In this document: positions 13,236 through 28,770 of the stretch, one piece after another | Position numbering within the stretch: position 1 is the stretch's first letter | Layout: every line of letters begins with the position of its first letter | DNA from: the human T2T-CHM13v2.0 reference genome, Homo sapiens | Direction: 5' to 3' (one strand) | Assembly (NCBI RefSeq): GCF_009914755.1 | Contig: NC_060927.1 | DNA length: 64,000 nt | Notes under the pieces: model-generated | What the model was told of the DNA's origin: nothing | Seen by the model: the letters and a program-made list of their open reading frames with translations, nothing else | The model's database searches: none | Made by a program: the position numbers and the translations under genes

Positions 13236-14288
13236 GAAACAAATCCATGAAATACAACAAAACAGAACCTCCTTAAAGCATAAATCTCATAGGACCTATA
13301 CAACAATAATACACGAAAAAAAAAAAAGGCAAGGTATTCAGGCAACAAATAGCACAATGAATAGAATAGTACCTCACCTCTCAATACTAACATTGAATGT
13401 AAATGGCCTAAATATTCCACTTAAAAGATACAGAATGGCAGAATGGATATGAATTCACCAACCAAGTTTCTGCTGTCTTCAGAAGACTCACCTAAACTCA
13501 CATTAGGACTCACACAAACTTAAGGTAAAGGGGCGGAAAAAAAACATTCCATGCAAATGGATACCAAAAGCGAGCAGGAGTAGCTATTCTTATAGCAGAC
13601 AAAACAAACTTTAAAGCAACAGCAGTTAAAAAAGACAAACAGGGACATTACATAATGATAAAAGGACTAGTCTAACAGGAAAATATCATAATTCTAAATA
13701 TATATGCACCTAACACTGGAGTTTCCAAATTTATAATACAATTGCTACTAGACCGAAGAAATGAGATAGACAGCAACACAATAATAGTGGGGGATTTCAA
13801 GACTGCACTGACAGTACTAGACAGGTCATCAAGACAGAAAGTCAACAAAGAAACAATAGACTTAAACTATAACCTAGAACAAATAGACTTAACAGATATT
13901 TACAGAACATTCTACCCAACAACTGCAGAATATATATTCTATTCATCAGCACATGGAACATTCTCCAAGATAGACCAGATGATAGGCCACAAAACAAGTC
14001 TCAGTAAACTTAAGAAAATCGAAATTATATCAAGCACTCTCTCAGATCACAGTGGAATAAAATTGGAAATCAACTCCAAAAGAAACCCTCAAAACCATGC
14101 AAATACATGGAAATTAAATAACCTGTTCCTGAATAATCGTTGGGTCAACAACGAAATCAAGATGGAAACTTAAAAGTTCTTTGACTGAACGATAATAGTG
14201 ACACAACCTATCAAAACCTCTGGGATACAGCAAGAGCAGTGCTAAGAGGAAAGTTCATGGCATTAAATGCTTACATCAAAAAGTCTGC

Positions 14289-14548
<260 letters not shown>

Positions 14549-16081
14549 GGCTGAAAGAGCACAAATAGATAATCTAAGGTCACACCTCATGGAACTGGAG
14601 AAACAAGAATAATCCAAACCCAAGGAGACAATGGATCAGGACGAGTGGCTGAGGAGTGGGCCCAGAAGCCTTGGGTAGCAGCACTGGAGGTCCTAAGGAC
14701 TCCAGACTGTCCTTAAATGAGGAGGGAGCTTCCCAGAGTGGGGATGGTCAGCATCACTAATTACCAGGAAAATGCAAATCAAAACCACAATGTGATACCA
14801 CCTCACCCCTACAAGAATGGCCATAATCAAAAAATCAAAAATTAATAGACGTTGACATGGATGTGGTGAAAAGGGAACACTTTTACACTGTTGGTGGGAA
14901 TGTAAACTAGTACAACCACTATGGAAAAGTGTGGAGATTCCTTAAAGAGCTAAAAGGAGATCTACCATTTGATCCAGCAATCCCACTACTGCGTATCTAC
15001 ACTGAGGAAAAGAAGTCATTACATGAAAAAGATACTTACACATGCATGTTTATAGCAGCACAATTTGCAATTGCAAAAATGTGGAACCAGCCTAAATGCC
15101 CATCAATCAATGAGTGGATAAAGAAACTGATATATATACATACCATGGAATACTACTCAGCCCTAAAAAGGAACAAAATGATGGCATTTGCTGCAACCTG
15201 GATGGAATTGGAGACTATTATTCTAAGTGAACTCAGGAATGGAAAACCAAACATCGTATGTTCTCACTCCTATGTGGGAGCTAAGCTCTGAGGACACAAA
15301 GGCATAAGAATGGTACATTGGACTTTGGGGATTTGGGGGAAAGGGCATGGGGGTGGAGAGGGATAAAAGGCTACACACTGGGTACAGTGTATACTGTTCA
15401 CGTGATGTGTGCACCAAAATCTCAGAAATCACCACCAAAGAACTTATTCATGTAACCAAACACCACCTGTTCCCCAAAAACCCACTGAAATAAAAAATTA
15501 AATTTCAGATATTTTATCTGAAAATAAAATATACATACATACATGTATATACATACATACATGTAACTGCTAAAAAACTATAGGAAAATATAAGTTATTA
15601 CTTCTCAAAAAAAAAAACAAATAATTGGTGTCAGACACAGCTTTCAGTGATGCCCACACACAGCCACCTGCTGAGTGGACACAGCCACATGTACCACAGA
15701 TGATGGGCTTGCAGATGGATACTTACCCAAGGGGGGACCTATCCACAGGCCAGATTGAGCCAATTAAATTCCCTCTAGCAAAAAATTTAGAGACACAGAG
15801 GGAAGTAACCAATGAGTGGAGAACACTGAGCAATCAGGACTCAGGGTAGTATCGCCAGCCAAATAGGGCCAGTCTTGAGAAGCTGCTGGAGAAACAGAGG
15901 AAAGATATCACACTGCCGCTGTGAAGTGAGAAAGGCGTGCAGATGCCAGAGGAGCCCGGGCTGCCACAAGTGAGATGAATGAGCTCACAATGCAAAGAAC
16001 AATCGATCATTTGTCTGTCTGAGAACACTTAGTGTCTAAATCGTAGGTATCAGCCCTTAAAACGATGGCCCTGAAACTCAC

Positions 16082-16215
16082 CTTCCTTATCCCCATGCTT
16101 TCGAGCTTCTCTTCCAGGGTGTCCTCCAGGATTGGTCTGAAGTGCTTCAGCAAAGTGGGGTTACGCCTCAGAGCTGCCAGCACCTTGTGCTGTTCATCCT
16201 GGGAGTCCTCCATCT
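16082..16215 (-). CDS. DZIP1L: DZIP1L exon 11: (E)MEDSQDEQHKVLAALRRNP...MGIRK
   Basis: AG/GT boundaries, 134 nt; lies in ORF 16007..16231. Confidence 0.95.
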
Positions 16216-16552
16216 CTGTAGCATGAGACATTCACCCAGATCAGCCTGGGCACCTGAGTTCTCCATTCCCAGAGCCCTACTGCACCTGCCGAGCCCTCAC
16301 ACTGCCAGGAATCCTGGTCGGTTAACTCAGGACTTGGAGATTGCACTTGAGCCCTTAAAGCAGCTTGCTCTCTGGGCTCCCTTCTGATCTCAGATTCCAG
16401 GCCCCACTGCTGTGGGTTCCAGCCTAATCCTAGCCCCACCTGATACCCTCATCTCGTTTCCATGCCAGGCTCAATTCTGGTCCAGGTGATAAACTGGTGG
16501 ACAAGATAGACAGATCGCTGCTCCCTCAAGTTTACTGTCTAAACCGGAGATT

Positions 16553-17715
16553 CTCCCTCTAACTTTAGCATATATCAGAATCACCTGGGCATGGGTTAAA
16601 AATTAATAGTCCCTCACCTCACCCTCCAAAGAGTCTGATTCCATAAGTCTGGGGGAGGACCCTAGAATCTACATTTTAACATACTGAGATGATTCTGATG
16701 GAGGTAAGCCACAGACTATACTTTAAGAAATACTGACCTGAGGCTAGCAAAATAAGCAATTACAATTAAATGTGGTAAGTGCTACAAAGGAGCAGTCCAA
16801 GGTGAGTCAGGGAAGGCCTCCTACGGTGTTCTTCAGGTTCCATCTGGGGGCCTCTGTGGTAAGACCAGGACCAAGCCCTTTGACTCACTCAGTAGACATT
16901 AACTGAACAAGCAGCATGAGTGTAATCAGGCTAGGGCTGGATGCCAAGGACACAGAAGCCCATCTCTCGTCCCCCAAGGACCTCACTCACAATCAAGGGT
17001 GGTGAATTTCACTGCTGGCTGCGAGTTGGAATCACCCCAGGCTGATTCCATCAGAATCTCTCAAGGTGGACCCCAACGCTTGATATTTATATTTTAAATT
17101 CTCTAGATATTCTAATAAACAGCGAAGCCTGAGAAACAATGATTCTAGGACAATGGTCCTTAACTGTGAGCCAAAGCATCAGCATTACCTGGTAACTTGT
17201 GAGATGCAGATTCTCAGCTCCCACTCCAAATCTACTGCATCAAAAATTCTACAGGTGGAACCCAAAAATCTGGGTTATAATAACTCCTCCCCTACCACCC
17301 ATTCACCTCTGACCCTGCGTGATTCTGCTCAATAAAGTTTACACCAGGACATGAGCCTCAACCTTGTCTGCACATTGGAATCACCTGCGGAGCTTTAAAT
17401 GCTACTGGTGCCTGGAACCCACCCACTCCATGTTCTGCTTTAGGTAATGTGGGGGTGTAGCGTGGTCCTCCAGACAGTTCAAGCTTCCTGGGTGATTCTT
17501 AATGTTTAGCCAGTTGTAGACAGCCACTGGTCTCACAGTGGTTCTCAAACTTGAGCAAGAATCAGAATGCCCTGGAGAGTGTCTGAAAACAGATTGCTGG
17601 GTCCTGCCCCCAGAGTTTCTGCTTCAGTTTGTCTGGCATGGGGCCTGAGAATTACAACTTTGCATTTCTAAAAAATTCCCAAGTGATGCTCTTGCCTGCT
17701 GGTCTGGGACAGGAA
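16553..17715. mobile_element. Cluster of about five MER5A/B-like (hAT-Charlie) MITE remnants
   Basis: Recurring motifs ATCAGAATCACCTGG, CAGTGGTTCTCAAACTT and GGTGATTCT. Confidence 0.6.
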
Positions 17716-19149
17716 GAGGTAGACAAACAGTGTAGTAAGCAAGTAAAACCTCCACTGTAACAGCAGGGGCATGGCCACAGGATCCCCTGACTCATCAGTC
17801 TCAGGCTCCTCCTCTCTAGAACCCTGCATCCACTGTTTGAAGATGTGATTCATCCTATCTGAGTTACTCAACAGATACCTTCCTCAAAAGTGATACGCAA
17901 TTCTAATTTTTACAACTGTATCCCAAGGTTAAATGCACTGGGAGGGTAGGCGGAGGCAGTAGAGGACTAACTGGTTAAATAAATTTTAGTTCATCCATCT
18001 AAGGGAAGACTGCAAAGCCCTGAAAAAATAATGAAGCAGTTCTCTTTAAAGGGATATGAAACCATTTCCTAAGTAAGTTGTTAACAATATAACTAACTGC
18101 AGAACAATGTGTACAGTGTGTTCCCATTTGGGAAAAGGGAGAAGAATGGGTACACACATGTGCTTATATTTGCACATATTCCCATGTAGCATGGAACGAT
18201 AAATGAGAAACCATTAACAGTGAAACTTCTGGAGAGGAAACTGGATAGCTGGGCAGAAGGGAGGCCTGCTTCTCACTGCATACCCTTTTATACCATTCCT
18301 TTTTTTTTCCAAAGTGCATAGATTACCATCTCAAAAATAAAGAAAAACATTACATTAAAAAATAAAATACCCCATGATGAGCTCTTTGATGGCACAATTA
18401 AAACTTGTCTGGGTGTGTCCATTGGGGAACTCTGAAATTGTCATATCATTGCCTTGCTCAAACAAACGGGACCTGGTCAGTAGCTTTTCCAGTCAGCACT
18501 CACTCATCTGTCCTGGGAGCTTCCTCTCCCTGACTATCCCTAAGATCTTCTTGCAGTCAGGGAGCATCTCTCTTTTCTTCACTTTTCTTTTGCATCCCTT
18601 GGCTACATCTGGTTGAGAGGTCTGCGAATCAGAGTCAATCACTGGATAGGGTGAATAAAAACAGCAGGTGCCCAATGCTCTGAAAAGGGAGCCGAGGTGG
18701 ATTCCTATGCATTAGTCAGGCCCTGTGGGACCTATCTGCAGCACACTCACAATGTAGAAAAAAACAGCAAAGGCCATTTTAAGTCAACTAGGCGAGTTAT
18801 CTTCCACTGTTCTGCATAGTCGCAGGTGAGAGTCAGTAGGGCAGGCTGTGAATCAGACGTCCCTCCAAATCCTCACTCAGTTACCTGCTAGCTTTGTGAC
18901 TCTGGACAAGCTAATGACCCTCTCTAGGCCTGGGCTTCCCCATCACTAAACCAGCAGATTGTATGTTAGTACCTGCATGTCACATGCCTGGCACACAGAA
19001 GGTGTTAAGAAATATTATTTCATGTCCTTAGATCCCTCCACTCCAGCTTCGGATGTCCAGATACAGTTAAGTAGAGACAAACTAAACAAGGAGGAGGGCA
19101 GCAAATCTGTTTCTGCACTGGACACCCAGGAAAGAAAGTAAGGTCCCAC

Positions 19150-19203
19150 CTTCCTCTGGAGAGTCCTCCTCTGTGTCCACAGCCTTTGGCACCTTGTGGA
19201 TCC
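19150..19203 (-). CDS. DZIP1L: DZIP1L exon 10: (G)IHKVPKAVDTEEDSPEE(E)
   Basis: CAG/GT boundaries; 54 nt, symmetric phase 1-1. Confidence 0.92.
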
Positions 19204-20316
19204 CTGAAGAGAGGAGGAACAGTTAGTGGCACCAGTGCTCTGGACCCCATCCCTGACTAGAAGAAAAGTACAGAACCCCAGCTGAGTATGAGCCAGAAAG
19301 AGAAAACCCTCCAGTCAGTGCATCTTGACTGGAGAGAGGCAGGACAGAGCAGACACTGGCGGCAGAAAGATCAGAGTCCACACACTAGCTCTGCCCCTCG
19401 CTATCTGTGAAAGAGATGGCAAGTCCTTGAACCCCTCTAAGCCTGGGTTTCCCCATCTAGAAAACGAGGATAATTCAATAGTGAGCCATGTAATGAGATG
19501 ATGCATCTGAAGTGGCTGGGGAAGGGTGTGGCACATGTCTATTATCAATGGCTCTGCTCTAGCTCCATCCCTCAAGAGGGTCTCCATCCCTCAAGAAGTT
19601 CAGGGCCACAGGGGTCGGGCCTGTCTGAACTGGCTACACGGCTGGGAAGGGGATGGGCAGAAGGCAAGGGATAGGAAGAAATGTGAGTTTGCAAGAAAAG
19701 GCAGAAGTGTAGCTAAAGCCATAGGACAGGGGAGCTGGGGGTGGAGGATGAAGGGCCAAGCTTCACAAGGGGCTGTCCAAGGTCCTCTAAACAGGAGCAG
19801 TCCCCTGTGGGTTGCCGTCTACCTTTAGATGCCAGCACCTGCACCCCATTACACACAGACACACGCATCCCCACACCAGAGTACCCAAGAGGAGGAGACT
19901 GTATATGCCAAACAGGACACATTCACATGGGGTTGGGGTCAACTTGCTGAACATTGGGAACAAGGTAAAAGTTGCTGGCAACCCTGAATCCTGATTTTAC
20001 TCATTCGCTGCAGGCATGGTGAATTAGAAAAGCCTTCTCATGAGCCCCCACTCCACCCATAACCACCCTCCTCCCCACTGCCTCCATCCCTTTACAGACA
20101 GGAGCAAGCCAGGCAAGAAGCCCTGCCAGCTGCATGGGAAGCCTTCAGCACAAACAGAGCTGCAGCCTGTGTGGCCCAGAAGCCTGACACTACATGTCCA
20201 CAGGCTGCTGTCACCAATCCACCACCCATGAATTGACTGGGGGAGAGGGAAAAGGAGGGAGAAAAGCCAGAGACAATAGTCAAGACTGCTACACACTGCC
20301 CTGTGTAGACACTTAC

Positions 20317-20347
20317 CTTCCACCTTCCTGAGAGACAAGGACTGGAT
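20317..20347 (-). CDS. DZIP1L: DZIP1L exon 9: IQSLSLRKVE(G), 31 nt
   Basis: TTTGCAG acceptor and GTAAGT donor; needed to keep frame between exons 8 and 10. Confidence 0.92.
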
Positions 20348-22695
20348 CTGCAAAGAGGTGGAATAGAGCGGGTTACAACCAGCAGAGAACATTGTGAGAA
20401 CTCTGCTTTGAGCAGTGTCTGCCTAGCACAGTGAGGAAGGGATGGCTACAGATTCCATGACTCACGTTGGGAACTGGAAGGAGCTCAGATGCACCACCCC
20501 AGCCCCCTGACACATCTCTGGGGTCCGTGTGTGAAAGGGAATGGCAGCATGCTCCATTTTCCAAGGTGGGGAGGCAAGAATGTCCCCTCTTCAAAGAAGA
20601 ATTATGCCTCGAGGGCAGGAGCCCCATAGAAACAGAGTGGGACAGGCACACAGTTGTTCCTATTGGTATAATTCATGGAAAACAGCCAGGGCAAGGGAGA
20701 GGCTCCCTCCCACAATGCGGGCGTCTGAGCAGAGCACTCCCTGGGAGGAAGGAGTCAGACACATTCCCGGACAGGAGGCCAGATGTAGACATTCACTGAA
20801 CTGTCTGCTCAACCCCCCTGCTCCAAGAAGTTCCTGTTCCTTCCCCCTTCATGGCTGCAGGCAGGACAGCCACAGGTGAACAATGAGACTTCACACCACA
20901 GCCGGACCCAACACCCAAGTTAAGGCAAAGAGCTCTGGACTGGTAATGAATGATGTCAAAGCTGCTGGCAGCCAATTGTTTGTGGTTTTTCTTGGTTCGT
21001 ATATTTGTTTTACCACATAAAACAGATAAGCAGCAGAAGCTGATCTTCAGGGTAAAAGGAAAAAATAAAGCAGTTATAGAGAAAGGAACAGAGACACACA
21101 GAAAAGGAAAACTGATGACCACATTCATGTCTCTGGTTTCAGTTTACTCCCAGACTCAGCTGCTCCCTGCCGTGAGCTCTGTGAGATGCTCCATCTACCC
21201 TTATGACAAACTCCCTCTTCTACTTAAGCTTCGGTTGCTTTTTATTACCTGCAGTGGCACATGCTGACATATGACTCATCCAGTATCCATTCCCCACTGC
21301 TGTCTCCTTTGCCTACCTCTACTCCAAACTGCAAAACTAGTTGTTTACTTTCCCAGCCTTTTTTGCAGCTGTAGTTTCCCATGTGACACAGCTTTGACCA
21401 ATAATATAGATAAGCACAAGTCTTGGGAAGGGACCTTTTCATCAACTTCTTCTGCCAAATATGGTTGTATGGTTGGGGCTACAGTAGTCTGCTTGCAACA
21501 TGAAAGTGAAGCGGTAAACAAAAGTCATCACACTGAAGATGGTAAAAAGAAAAACACAGTCTGGATTCACAATGGCATACTACTTCTGCTAACCAAGCCC
21601 AGCAACTGTCACCTCTCTTGCTGTGAAAATAAAAATAATAGCCCCTAATAGACTATTCTGTTATCTTTAGCCAATAGGTTCCTAACTGAATCATTTGCAA
21701 ATAAGAGTTCTGAGTAACATACAGGACATTACAGCCAGCAGGGAACACTGTGGAAACTCTGCTGTGGTTTCCTCCTTAGGAAACCTCCAGACTAGAGCTT
21801 AGTGCAGAGCTGAGTGTTTTGGGGGGAAACTGAAAAGTAGCAAGACAGTGGGGTAGTTATGTCACCTGGGTGAAATGTGGCTGGGTGTGTGGGAAAGCAC
21901 AAATAGCAAGGGGTGCAGGAACAAGAGGCCAGGACTAGACAGTAACAGTGGGTGCTCAGCCCAGGGAAGCTGTGTGGAGCCTGGTCCATGAGGTGGGTGG
22001 CAGCAGAGGAAGATACAGATTTTCCACAGACCTGGGGCTCTGGAGGGGGAACTCAGCCTCGACTGGGCAGAGAATTGTCAGCAACAGGTAAAGAGTCACA
22101 GGGGCCAGCTTTAGGAGAAAGGTGCTAACTAAGTGCCTTTTCATCACACTGCTTTATCTCTCACCTCATCAGAGGCTGTTCATTTGTGAAAAAGGTACTG
22201 GTTAAGGAATTCTGCCTAAGAATACTGTGTAAAAAACACACGCTTTGCGTTCTTCCTGCCTGGCCAGAGTTGAATCTCATCACTTACCGAGTGCCCCGTG
22301 AGGACTTGAGTGAGGCACTTCCCTTCTCCAGCTTATTTCACCATCTGTCGAATGAAGATGGGGAGAAGGGGGATGCCTACCTTGAAGGATAGTAGTGAGG
22401 CTTAAATGAGGTAATAAGCAAAGTATCAGTGAGGTGCTGAGCGTTTTATATGGTCTCTGCTGTTAGAGTGGCCCCATCTGCCAGCAGCCCCTAAGGAGAT
22501 GGCACATCTTCAGCCTGGAAGGAGGCAGCTACAGCCTTATCATTTTGTGCCCTTCATGCCAGAGGACTCTTCTCTCTCCTTAAGGAGCCTGAGTGGTAAG
22601 ACTAGCACTGATGAGCCCAAAAGAATCCAAGGAGATCCTCACAGGAAAGAGGCCCAGGGACACCAAGGCCTGGCTGAAAGGAAGGGCAGACCTAC

Positions 22696-22836
22696 CATCT
22701 CCTCCTGGGAGGCAATGATCCTAGCTTGTTCCTGCAGCTGGGCACGGAGGGTGCTGATCTGGCACTGGGACTGGGCAGCTGCCTTCTTCTGATCCTGAGA
22801 CAGGGAGGCCTGGAGCCTCTGGTTCTCCTCCTGTAG
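22696..22836 (-). CDS. DZIP1L: DZIP1L exon 8: LQEENQRLQASLSQDQ...ASQEEM (coiled coil)
   Basis: AG/GT boundaries, 141 nt; lies in ORF 22639..22866. Confidence 0.95.
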
Positions 22837-23334
22837 CTGGCAGGCACAAGATGGCTGGTCAGTCAAATGTCTGCAGGGACATCTTAGTGCCTGGTGTCTG
22901 CAGGCTCAGCACCTGTAGGCAAGTGCCAGGCAAGCACAGTAAAGGATTTTGAGACCTGGACAGGCTTTCTAACAAGACAACCTTCCAGTCTGGGGACATT
23001 TTTGTGCTGTGCCTGAGAAGAAGTAAGAATGGAATGCATGCCTTTAAGACCAGGAGAGAAAGGTGTAGCCACCCATTGAAGAACAGTCAGATAAATTAAA
23101 ACCATTTGAAAATCATCAAATGGATGTTTTTAGGTGAAAACAAGAGGTGAAGAAAACAAGTTAACATGCTACTTCTGATGTAATAGCAGAAATAAAGTGA
23201 AAATATTTATTAATATTTGCATAAAGAAACTTTAGAAGAATACAAAAGAAAGCCATAAAAGTCACCTGAGCAGTAGGTGTTGGAGACAGGTAGATGGGGA
23301 CAGGTGGGAGTGAGACTCTACTCAGTGTATCTTA

Positions 23335-24864
<1,530 letters not shown>

Positions 24865-25543
24865 GAAAATGCTTCAGATAAAATAAAACCATCACATGTG
24901 AGTGATCATGCTTCCCTACACCAGAGTGAGGAGCTCTACCATGGACCAGACTGATCTAAGCCTTTTCATCTTCTGAGCTTTTTGCAGGCGGAACCTGGGG
25001 CTCTTATGAACCAGCTTCCTCCTCAACTTGCCTCCTGCTCAGGACATTTTTACAGAAGCTGTTTGCTCTGCCCTGAGGCCTGTTGCTCCCTGTTCACTGT
25101 TCTCAGTATCTAAGTCCTTCCCTTTGGACTCCTGCTGAACTATCACTGAGGCCCACAGCCGCCTGGTTCTCTCCTAGGGTGGGGGAATTTCAAAGAAGAG
25201 CCCAAACGTGAAACGACCAGGCGATTCATCTGAGGTTTATCGAACAACCCTCCCTGGAGGGCCTAAAGGGGTCACTGCAAAGAAGACCACAGAACAAAGG
25301 ATGTGTTCGATTCAGAGGAGAAGGCCTGGAGGCCCCTGCTCCTGGACAGGGAAGCTGCTGGCTGGACAGCTCACCCCTTCTGTGTACTGATGGGGACAGT
25401 AGCCAGGAGCAATATCTGCAGCATCTGCCAACCAGTTCCAGGTGAGATAGGGGAGATGGTGGGTGAGGGGGCGTGGAGAATGCTGAATTCTGAGAGGAGG
25501 TCACAGGAAACCAAGCTCCCCGAGATCACCCAACAAAAGCTAC

Positions 25544-25606
25544 CTCTTTCTTCTCAGCCATGTGCTCTTCATGCAGTTCCTTCACTTTTCTTTTCCACTC
25601 CGTTTT
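25544..25606 (-). CDS. DZIP1L: DZIP1L exon 7: KTEWKRKVKELHEEHMAEKKE
   Basis: TTTTTCAG acceptor and GTAG donor; 63 nt. Confidence 0.93.
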
Positions 25607-25619
25607 CTGAAAAAGATTA

Positions 25620-26230
25620 AAAGCTTATCAAATGGGCCCTTGCAGGTATTAAAACATGTTATAAAGCTACAGGAAGTTAAAAGTACTGGCTCATGGGTAG
25701 GCAGACAGAGTAGTGGAATAGAATAGAAAATCCAGACAAAGATGGAAATACATAGAAACTAAGTATGAGGAGAGGGAGATGGATTATTGACTAATGGTGT
25801 TGGAACAAATGGCTAGCTACCTGAAAAAAAATAGGAAGCTGGATCCTTATTACACATCTTAAAGCAAAATAAATTGTAGGTGGGTCAAAGATTTAACACA
25901 AAAAATAAGGCCAAAAAGTACTAAAAGAAAACACAGGAATGTTGTCTTTTTAAATCTCAGAGTGGGGAAGCCCATAAAGAAAATACGAATAATTGGATAA
26001 TTTTGACTACATAAACATTAATTCTTTGTTATATGGCCAAACCATAATACACAAAATTGAAGGACCAACAGAATACTGGGGAAAATAACCACAACTAGAA
26101 CAACAAAGGGCTGAGTTAATTTCCATACATTATACAAACTCACAAATTGATAGGGGAAACATCAATAATAGAAAAGCAGGCAAAGAATGTGAACAGAGTT
26201 CTCAGGAAAAGAATGGCCTCTTTATAATGT
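25620..26230 (+). mobile_element. Old L1M ORF2 fragment
   Basis: Decayed ORF2-like motifs (GGAATAGAATAGAAAATCCAGA, AATGGTGTTGGAACAAATGG, CTGGATCCTTA). Confidence 0.6.
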
Positions 26231-26424
26231 GAAACCTGTCAAACATCAATCGGCAGAAACACCTTACTGCTGATTGTTAGCTAGACTTTACATTTTTTCT
26301 CAAGAATCTTGGACAGCAGAAAGATAAGCACAACATGATTTAACACCTGTACCAACTACCCTTCTTTGCCATGGAATTATCAGTGATACAGACCATTTTA
26401 TAACCAGACTGCAGTAAAATTCAT

Positions 26425-26620
26425 CCAGGGGTGGCCAGAGCCACCTTCTACCAGCTGGTGAGAGCAGACTGTGCACAAGTCTTCCTGGCTCCATTCAGTG
26501 ACCTCACATTGATAGCAGGAAATCGGCCATGCTGGGAGTATTTACACCACGGAAATTGGCAAATGCTACAAATTAAAGCTTTTTTAATTCCAGAGAGCTG
26601 GTTGCTAAACAACTACCATC
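26425..26620 (+). mobile_element. MER63A-like hAT element
   Basis: GAAATCGGCCATGCTGGGAGTATTTACACCACGGAAATTGGCAAATGCTACAAAT matches the recalled MER63 core. Confidence 0.65.
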
Positions 26621-26961
26621 ACAACAATGGATGCATCCCAAATATCTTCAAACCCAAGAGACTGTCACAGTTTCTAAGAGTTGCTTCCAACTGGGTTAGA
26701 ATCAGAATGGGGCAAAGGTGCCAAATAAGAGACAGAGTTGTATGTATTTTTTAAAAGATCTTAGGCAAATCTGACATTGCACACATACCACCAGCCTCAC
26801 CTGAGAACCCTATTCTATGCTTTCATGTACTGGCAGAAGGTCTGAAAATATAGAACTTTGATGTCCTTCAACTTCTCTACATTCATAAATGAGAGAATAT
26901 ATTGGAAGAGAAGATGGCTCTTGGCTTCCTCTGGGAAGAAAGGCATGGAGCATCAGCTCAC

Positions 26962-27090
26962 CTGAATTTCTGTCTTCTCTCTCAGGGCCTGAAGCTCCCG
27001 TGCCTGCCGAAGCCACTCCTCTGACTCCTCATCTCGCAGTGATCCCAGCTTGGACTCCATCACACTGTGGGACTGCAGTGCCCGCAGTTT
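26962..27090 (-). CDS. DZIP1L: DZIP1L exon 6: KLRALQSHSVMESKLGS...EKTEIQ
   Basis: TTTTCAG acceptor and GTGAG donor; 129 nt. Confidence 0.93.
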
Positions 27091-28449
27091 CTGAAAAGGC
27101 CAGGGCATAGTTTTATTCAGATGAAGATCTCATCATGATGTTGTCTTTTATACCCAGAACAGTGTCAGAGGGGCACGCCTTACCCAACTCATCCTCCCAA
27201 CTCATCCTCACTAGATACCTACTCACCTACAGATATTCACACAAATCAGCATTCCCTTCACAAGGGCTCTCCTGGGGGCTCAGCCCTTGCATAGAAAAAG
27301 CAATTCCATGGAAGAACAAATTAAAGAGTGTAGTTTCCATTTCACTTAAATTCTGCTATACTCAAAATCCCGAGCTCTCCTGACTGCTGCCCCATTTCTT
27401 CCTCAGTCTGGAATACACTGATGAGAATGAGACTCTTAGAGCCTATGGGAGGGTCTCACCCCAGGCCACTCCCTGAGGACTCCTGCCTCTCTCCCTACAA
27501 AACATCCTGGCTGTCTCCAGAAAGGGCTTTGCACAGCTTGAAGTAGAGTCATCAATACCTAGTGATTCCTGGGCTAGCAGTGTGTGTGACCTGAAGAAAA
27601 AGGTACAGAAAATTGGATCAAAGAGAGGATGCCTTTCCACCCACCTTTGATTATTTCTTATAATATATGACTGTCGTAGTAACAAAAGCAACATATTTCT
27701 ATCTGTATGACTGTATAAAACTCATAAGCCCTATTAAGGCTTTAAGGATGTAACTCCAAGTGCCTAAGTTTAACTTGATATCATTCTTGCTAACACTTCT
27801 CAACTATTGCTAAACAATACTGGTTCCAAAGGTTAACAATTTCTAAACTCCCTGAATATTTTCAGAGTCAAATGCTTGATCAGATGTATGCACAACTCCC
27901 GGGTTCTAATGTGTCACTCCTGGTTTCCATATGCTGCTTATGACACACCACAGAGCTGACTTTCTTGGCATTACAAACCTTCGTGGTATTTCCATTTAGC
28001 TAGACACTCCCTTGGCATCTCAATTTACCCCAGGTCTAATCTAAAGTTCTCTCTTTAGTCAGGTAATGTAGCCAAAGTAAGCTCTCAGACTTCTGTATCA
28101 GGGAAAAAGTTTTGAGGAAAAAATATTTTCAATATACATATAGTTTTCATTGGCCTTCCTAACATCAGGAAGAATCATTTTTTGCATTTTGAAAATGGAC
28201 ATCTTACAGTGTTTTTTTTACAATCATTCTAAATGGAATCTTGCTGGTTTTTACCCTTAAAATTTTTTAAAAATACATTAACAAAATGACTACCCAACTG
28301 CACTGAGAATTTGGTATCCAGTTTGATTCCTATACTTTAATAAAAGTAAAACAATAAAATATTGAAAGGAGACAGGGTGAGACACACAAACATACAAACA
28401 CAATATAAGTAATCCTATAGGGGAAAGGTTTTTAAAAAAGAGTAAGATG

Positions 28450-28770
28450 GGCCAAGCGCAGTGACTCAAGCCTGTAATCCCAGCACATTGGGAGGCTGGG
28501 GTGGACAGATCACTTGAGCCCAGGAGGCCAGCCTGGGTAACATGGCGAAACCCCATCTCTACAAAAAATACAAAAATTAGCTGGGTGTGGTGGCACATGC
28601 CTATAGTCACAGCTACTCAGGAGGCTGAAGGAGGATCACTTGAGCCTGGGAGGTCAAGGCTGCAGTGAACCGTGATTGTGCCACTGCACTCGAGCCTGGG
28701 CAACAGGGTGAGAACCCATCTTAAAAAAATAAATAAATAAATAAATAAATAAAATTAAAAATTAAAAAAA
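28450..28770 (+). mobile_element. AluJ with (TAAA)n tail
   Basis: Alu dimer with GAGGATCACTTGAGCC, typical of J. Confidence 0.9.
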
